From the NCBI RefSeq assembly GCF_035285525.1, contig NZ_JAYKGW010000107.1, forward strand, positions 1 through 13,233: a stretch of 13,233 nt of DNA. The letters run 5' to 3'. Every line of letters begins with the position of its first letter. Position 1 is the first letter of the stretch. The notes beneath the pieces were generated by a model that worked only from the letters and a program-made list of their open reading frames with translations, did no database searches and was not told where the DNA came from. Positions 5,802 through 10,800 of the stretch are shown here, piece by piece. This DNA comes from Okeania sp. Lineage in GTDB: Bacteria > Cyanobacteriota > Cyanobacteriia > Cyanobacteriales > Microcoleaceae. The translations under genes and the position numbers were made by a program.

Positions 5802-7112
5802 GTGAAAATTATTGCCTATTCATACACAGACCCTCTGTTGGAAACTGCACCAGACCTCACAATCTGGGGATGGGAAGTTGATGAGATATATCAAGACTTG
5901 GGCGATCGCCAACAACTTGAACAACTCTTCCAAGACTGTCACATCCAACCTGTTAATTATCTCTTGATTCGCCAACTTGAAGAGTTAGGAGATTCTGTAG
6001 AGGAAGTCTGCGATCGCCTCACCGAACTGGAATTTCTCAATATTAAAATTATCTCCCTGAAATCAGATATTAAAATCAACCAAGACCAAGCTATTAATAG
6101 ACAAGCAACCAAAACTGACTTACTTAAACTTCTAAACCAAATTCGTCAAAACCAACATAGTCGGAAAATTCGTCAAGCTCACGCTCGCAACCGGATGAAA
6201 GCTATACCTCCGCCGGGGAAAGCACCTTACGGATATCGGCGAGGGAAAGACCGTTACACTCTTGACCGCAGTGCGGCCTCTGTAGTCAAAGATTTTTTTG
6301 AAAGGTTTTTATTATTCGGGTCTCTGCGGGGTGCTGTGCGTTATATTGAGAAAAAACACGGCAAAAAAATTTCTGTTACTACTGGACGACGGTGGTTAAG
6401 CAGTCCTGTTTATCGCGGTGACTTACAATATCAAAATGGGGAGGTTATCTCTAACACCCATCTACCAATTATTTCTAGGGAAGAAGCTGCCCAAGTGGAA
6501 CGTTTGCTCCGGCGCAACAGTTCCATGCCACCCCGCACTGCTAGTGCTCCCCATTCTTTAGCAGGTTTAGTTGTCTGTAGAGAATGTGAATCTCCGATGA
6601 TTACTGCTAGAGTGACTACATTTCGCAAAGATAGAGAATATCTTTATTTGCGACCTAAAAGTTGTTCTCGCAAACGCAAATGTAAAGCTTTAGCTTATCA
6701 AAAAATATTGGAGCAAACTATAGAAATAATTTGTCGAGAATTACCTCTTGCTGTTGCTGCTTTAGAAATGCCAAATATGGATGGAATTAAAAGTAAAATT
6801 AAACAGCATATTTCTGAGAAACAAGAGATTCTTTGTCAACTACCAAATTTAGTAGCTAATGGCATTTTTGATCGAGAAACTGCCGAACTCCGGACTTACA
6901 AATTAAAAACAGAAATTTCCCAATTAGAAAGTCAATTTAACCAACTACCACCAGTCAATTTATTAGAGACTGCTAAAGCAGTTTCCATACCCCAATTTTG
7001 GTGGGATTTATCTGAATCAGAACGGAGATTTTATTTACGAGAATTTATTAGCATAATTGAAATAATTCGTCAAGAGAACAGTTGGGATTTAGAAGTTATT
7101 TTTATTTTTTGA
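5802..7112 (+). CDS. Large serine recombinase homologue with a degenerate (probably inactive) catalytic domain
   Basis: 436-aa ORF with a GTG start; there is no in-frame ATG between it and the upstream stop at 5700..5702. The N-terminal resolvase-like fold reads MKIIAYSYTDP and LLIRQLEELGDS. The recombinase domain (GKAPYGYRRGKDRYTLD ... WLSSPVYRGDL), Cys-rich zinc ribbon (CRECESPM ... CSRKRKCK) and C-terminal coiled coil are intact. HIP1 sites lie at 5902 and 6010. Confidence 0.85.
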   Translation: MKIIAYSYTDPLLETAPDLTIWGWEVDEIYQDLGDRQQLEQLFQDCHIQPVNYLLIRQLEELGDSVEEVCDRLTELEFLNIKIISLKSDIKINQDQAINRQATKTDLLKLLNQIRQNQHSRKIRQAHARNRMKAIPPPGKAPYGYRRGKDRYTLDRSAASVVKDFFERFLLFGSLRGAVRYIEKKHGKKISVTTGRRWLSSPVYRGDLQYQNGEVISNTHLPIISREEAAQVERLLRRNSSMPPRTASAPHSLAGLVVCRECESPMITARVTTFRKDREYLYLRPKSCSRKRKCKALAYQKILEQTIEIICRELPLAVAALEMPNMDGIKSKIKQHISEKQEILCQLPNLVANGIFDRETAELRTYKLKTEISQLESQFNQLPPVNLLETAKAVSIPQFWWDLSESERRFYLREFISIIEIIRQENSWDLEVIFIF

Positions 7113-7148
7113 AGAAAGAGAAAAATTTATTGTTTTTAGGGGTTTGAC

Positions 7149-7169
7149 GGAACACTTAACTGGGAATAG
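7149..7169. repeat. 21-nt motif GGAACACTTAACTGGGAATAG, second copy
   Basis: Matches 3338..3365 apart from one extra CTTAACT heptamer in that copy. Confidence 0.6.
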
Positions 7170-7252
7170 GTATGGAGGAAAAAAGTATTTTTGCTAACGT
7201 GATAAAAAACCTTTTTTCTTCCAAAGGGGGGAAGGGGGGACTCCAAAATAAA

Positions 7253-7280
7253 GTAGGGACGTTGTATGCAATTGCCCTAC
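7253..7280. repeat. Diverged copy of the GTAGGGACG ... CCCTAC stem-loop repeat
   Basis: GTAGGGACGTTGTATGCAATTGCCCTAC shares its stem ends and part of its loop with 5661..5689. Confidence 0.5.
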
Positions 7281-7368
7281 TATTTGTAAAATTATTTTTA
7301 TAAAATGGTATGAGTATTTTTTTGTTGGTAAAATGAAAAATATTAAACCTATAATCAAAGGAGAAATT

Positions 7369-7506
7369 ATGGAATTTACAATAATGAATATTATGGCTGT
7401 TGCAGCATCGGGATTAATGTTAATTGTAACAGGCGGAATTATATATTTAACTGCATCTGAGTGGCGCGATCGCCGACGTCAACAAAGAGATAAAACTGGC
7501 CGTTAA
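7369..7506 (+). CDS. Small single-pass membrane peptide, 45 aa, below the ORF-track length cutoff
   Basis: AAGGAG at 7358..7363 lies 5 nt before the ATG. Translation: MEFTIMNIMAVAASGLMLIVTGGIIYLTASEWRDRRRQQRDKTGR. That gives one hydrophobic helix followed by a strongly basic tail. A HIP1 site lies inside (7466..7473) and a stem-loop follows 26 nt downstream. An in-frame alternative ATG at 7333 would add 12 residues. Confidence 0.55.
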   Translation: MEFTIMNIMAVAASGLMLIVTGGIIYLTASEWRDRRRQQRDKTGR

Positions 7507-7532
7507 ATTCAGTTATCAGTTATTGTTGCAGT

Positions 7533-7549
7533 GCGGGCATCTTGCCCGC
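7533..7549 (+). terminator. GC stem-loop GCGGGCA-TCT-TGCCCGC downstream of the small ORF; possible terminator
   Basis: 7-bp perfect stem, but no following T-run, so intrinsic terminator function is uncertain. It could equally be a dispersed hairpin repeat. Confidence 0.35.
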
Positions 7550-7704
7550 GAAGGGTGTACCTCATTTCAGTAGTTATTGTTAAAGTTTCTAATCTTTAGA
7601 TAGCTGAAAGCCTTCAAAGAGTAATAATTATTCCTAGAATTTTGTATTGTTTAGTCATGGAGAAAAAAGAAAAAAAGTTCCTTTTAGCCAATCCTCTTCT
7701 TTAT

Positions 7705-7726
7705 AAAAAAAGGTAATTATTAATTA
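7705..7726. repeat. Left copy of the 22-bp direct repeat AAAAAAAGGTAATTATTAATTA abutting the MITE
   Basis: Identical to 7831..7852 and directly adjacent to the MITE terminus at 7727. Confidence 0.9.
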
Positions 7727-7830
7727 CAGGACTTACGCAGATGAACCCAGAAACCCGATACGAGGGTAGATTATTACTGCTCAAAACAACGATTTATCCT
7801 AGAAACCGGGTTCCTCCCATGTAAGTCCTA
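7727..7830. mobile_element. MITE, class B, 104 bp, in the kinase upstream region
   Basis: Ends are CAGGACTTACGCA (7727..7739) and CATGTAAGTCCTA (7818..7830). Its reverse complement begins TAGGACTTACATGGGAGGAACCCGGTTTCTAGGATAAA, matching 4167..4204. CGGGTTTCTGGGTTCA is shared with 4167..4267. Confidence 0.85.
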
Positions 7831-7852
7831 AAAAAAAGGTAATTATTAATTA
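7831..7852. repeat. Right copy of the 22-bp direct repeat
   Basis: Identical to 7705..7726 and ends 23 nt before the kinase ATG. Confidence 0.9.
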
Positions 7853-7875
7853 TTCCCTGTTCCCTAAAAAAAAAT

Positions 7876-10800
7876 ATGAATAACAATCAAATTACTATTC
7901 TGATAGTTGATGATCGACCTAATAATTTATATCTTATTTCTGAAATTATTAGTGAAAAAGGATATAATTTAATCCAGGCAACTTCTGGGGAAGAAGCATT
8001 AAAATCTGCAAAGAGCCAGCCATTAGATTTAATTTTAATGGATGTTATGTTGCCAAAAATGGATGGTTACGAAGTCTGTAAAGTTTTAAAAGCTAATCCT
8101 AAAACTGCTAATATTCCCGTGATTTTTCTAACCGCTTTATCTGATATTGATCAAAAATTAAAAGGATTTATTGTCGGGGGAATAGATTATATTAGTAAAC
8201 CTGTTCATCCGGGAGAATTATTAGCAAGAATAGAAGCTCAAATTACAATTAGTAAACTTCGCCTAGAATTAGAAACTAAAAATCAGCAACTACAACAAGA
8301 AATAGGAATAAAGAAACAGACCGAAAAAAATTTATCGGCAATTATTAATAATATGTCAGAAGGTTTGATGATTATTAATAAAGAAGGTAAGATAGTTTTT
8401 GTGAATCAAGCTTCAGAATTATTATGGCAAAAATCAGCAGCAGAATTAATAGGTGAAGAGATAGGTTTGCCTCTGATAGATGGCAATGAAACAGAAATAT
8501 ATGTTAGACAAAAATTAGGGAAATTAATATTTCTAGAAACACGGATAGGAGAAATGATTTGGCAAAATCAAACTGCTTATCTATTGACTATGAAAGATGT
8601 TACAGAACATCGTCAAGAACAAGAACGTTTAAAGTTACTAGAAAGAGCAATATTTACTGCACCTCAAGGAATAGTAATTGGTGATGTAAATTTAGATAGT
8701 CAACCGATAATATATGTTAATTCTGGTTTGGAAAAAATTACAGGTTACTCTTCAGTTGAAGTTGTTGGGAGAGATTATCCCTTTCTAGGAGATACTGATA
8801 CAAATCAACCAGAAATAAAGGAAATTAGAGAGGCGATCGCTACGGGAAAAAAATGCCAAGTCATCTTGCCAAATACCCATAAAAATGGTAATAAATTATG
8901 GAACCAAGTAACAATTTCTCCAGTTTATGATGACTACGAAAATTTGACTCACTATGTAGCTGTGCAAGTAGATGTAACTGACCGCATAATTGCAGAAATG
9001 GAACTTTCTGCGGCTAAAGTTTCTCTGGAAAAACAAATACAACAAGCATTATTGCTCAAAGAAATTACTGATAAAATTCGCTCTAATTTGGAACCCACAC
9101 AAGTATACGAAACAGCAGCAACTCAAATAGCAAAACTTCTCAATGTAGATTCTTGTCTTATCCATACCTATATAGAATCTCCTATACTCAGAATTCCCAT
9201 AGTAGCTCACTATCAAAACTCTCATGTTGACTTAAACTCTAACTTGGAAATACCCATATTAGGTAATCCTCACGTTCAACTTATCCTGGGACAGGATTCA
9301 GCGATCGCTACCGATAATATTTACACCGAAGAAAAGCTCAAACCAGTTTTGCCTTTATTCGAGCAACTCAACATCAAATCAATAATGGTAATTAGAACTT
9401 CCTATCAAGGCAAAACTAACGGAGTAATTGGTTTATATCAATGTAGTTACACCCGTCATTGGACAGGAGAAGAAAAAGAGTTATTGGCAGCAGTAGCAGC
9501 TCAACTTGGGATTGCTATTGCTCAAGCAAATCTTTTAGCACAGGAGAAACAACAAGGACAAGAATTAGCAAAACAAAATCAACTGTTGCAGCAAGAAATT
9601 TCTATTAGAAGACAGATAGAAGAATCACTCAAAAAAAGTGAGGAACGTTGGCAATTAGTATTAAAAGGTAATAATGAAGGAATTTTTGACTGGAATATTA
9701 AAACTAATCAAGCATTTATTTCACCCAGGTTAAAAGCAATATGGGGATATGAGGAACATGAAATTATATCTCATTATCACGAATGGAGTAGTCGTATTCA
9801 TCCAGATGATTACAATAAAGTGATAAATTATTTACAAGAATATCTAGAGCAAAAGCATTCACAGTTTAGGATTGAATATCGAACAGTTTGTCAAGACAAT
9901 ACCTATAAATGGATTGCAGCTAAAGGACAAGCGCTTTGGGATAACAATGGTGTTCCCAAAAGAATGGTAATTTCTCATCAGGATATTAGCGATCGCAAAG
10001 AAATAGAAGAAGCTTTAAAAGCAAGTGAAATTCGTTATCGGGAGTTGGTAGAGTCACAGGATAGTGTATTAGTTTGTAGATGGAAACCAGATGGTACACT
10101 CACATTTGTTAATAACCACTACTGTGAATTTTTTGGGAAATCTGCAAGTGAACTATTAGGTAGTAAATTTTCCCAATCAATACAGAATGAACTAAGTCAG
10201 CAACATATTGAGTCAATGAATCCTAAAACTTTAGAAAATCAGATGACATCTGTTTCTGGAGAACTACGATGGTTAAGTTGGACTAATCAACCAATTATTG
10301 ATAGTAATCGTAATTTAATCGAATTTCAATCTTTTGGCATTGATATCACACAACAAAAACAACGGGAAGATGCTCTCAGGTTGATAGTTGAAGGTACTGC
10401 AACCCATACAGGTGATAATTTTTTCCTTGCTTGTGTTGACAAGATAGCTCAACTTTTACAAGTTCGTTATACTTGTGTTACTGAATTAAAGCAGTCAGAA
10501 AATCTCTTAGAAATGAGAGCATTTTGGAATGGTTCAGAAGTCAAAAATCATATTGTATATTCTCCCCAACACACTCCTTGTGAGAAAGTATTGGAGGGGA
10601 AAATTTATCATTATCCAGAATGTGTACAACAACTTTTTCCTAATGATACTTGGTTAGTTGACTTCAATATAGAAAGTTATTGGGGTATTCCTCTATATAA
10701 TTCTCAAGGAGAAGTTATTGGTTTATTGGGAGTGATGGATGTCTTACCCATGAATATTAGTTCGTCTCAAGAGTTAATATTGAAAATTTTTGCAGCGCGA

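Noticed and set aside
6431-6628. 65-aa antisense ORF inside the recombinase homologue
   Set aside because: It is embedded antisense in a gene with clear domain motifs and has no independent support.
5802-7112. XisF-type developmental excision recombinase marking a heterocyst-specific DNA element
   Set aside because: No interrupted gene or flanking direct repeats are visible next to it. The catalytic Ser/Arg residues expected of an active excisase are substituted. I kept it as a pseudo-recombinase finding instead.
7174-7222. Inverted repeat GGAGGAAAAAAG ... CTTTTTTCTTCC as terminator of the recombinase homologue
   Set aside because: The stem is almost pure A/T with one mismatch and a 25-nt loop, so it is not a convincing intrinsic terminator.
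7226-7239. GGGGGGAAGGGGGG as a G-quadruplex motif
   Set aside because: There are only two G-runs. Four tracts would need zero-length loops, so there is no good support.
7664-7723. 19-codon ORF MEKKEKKFLLANPLLYKKR upstream of the kinase
   Set aside because: It derives from poly-A/purine-rich sequence, has no RBS, and ends within the 22-bp duplicated segment. It is not credible as a gene.
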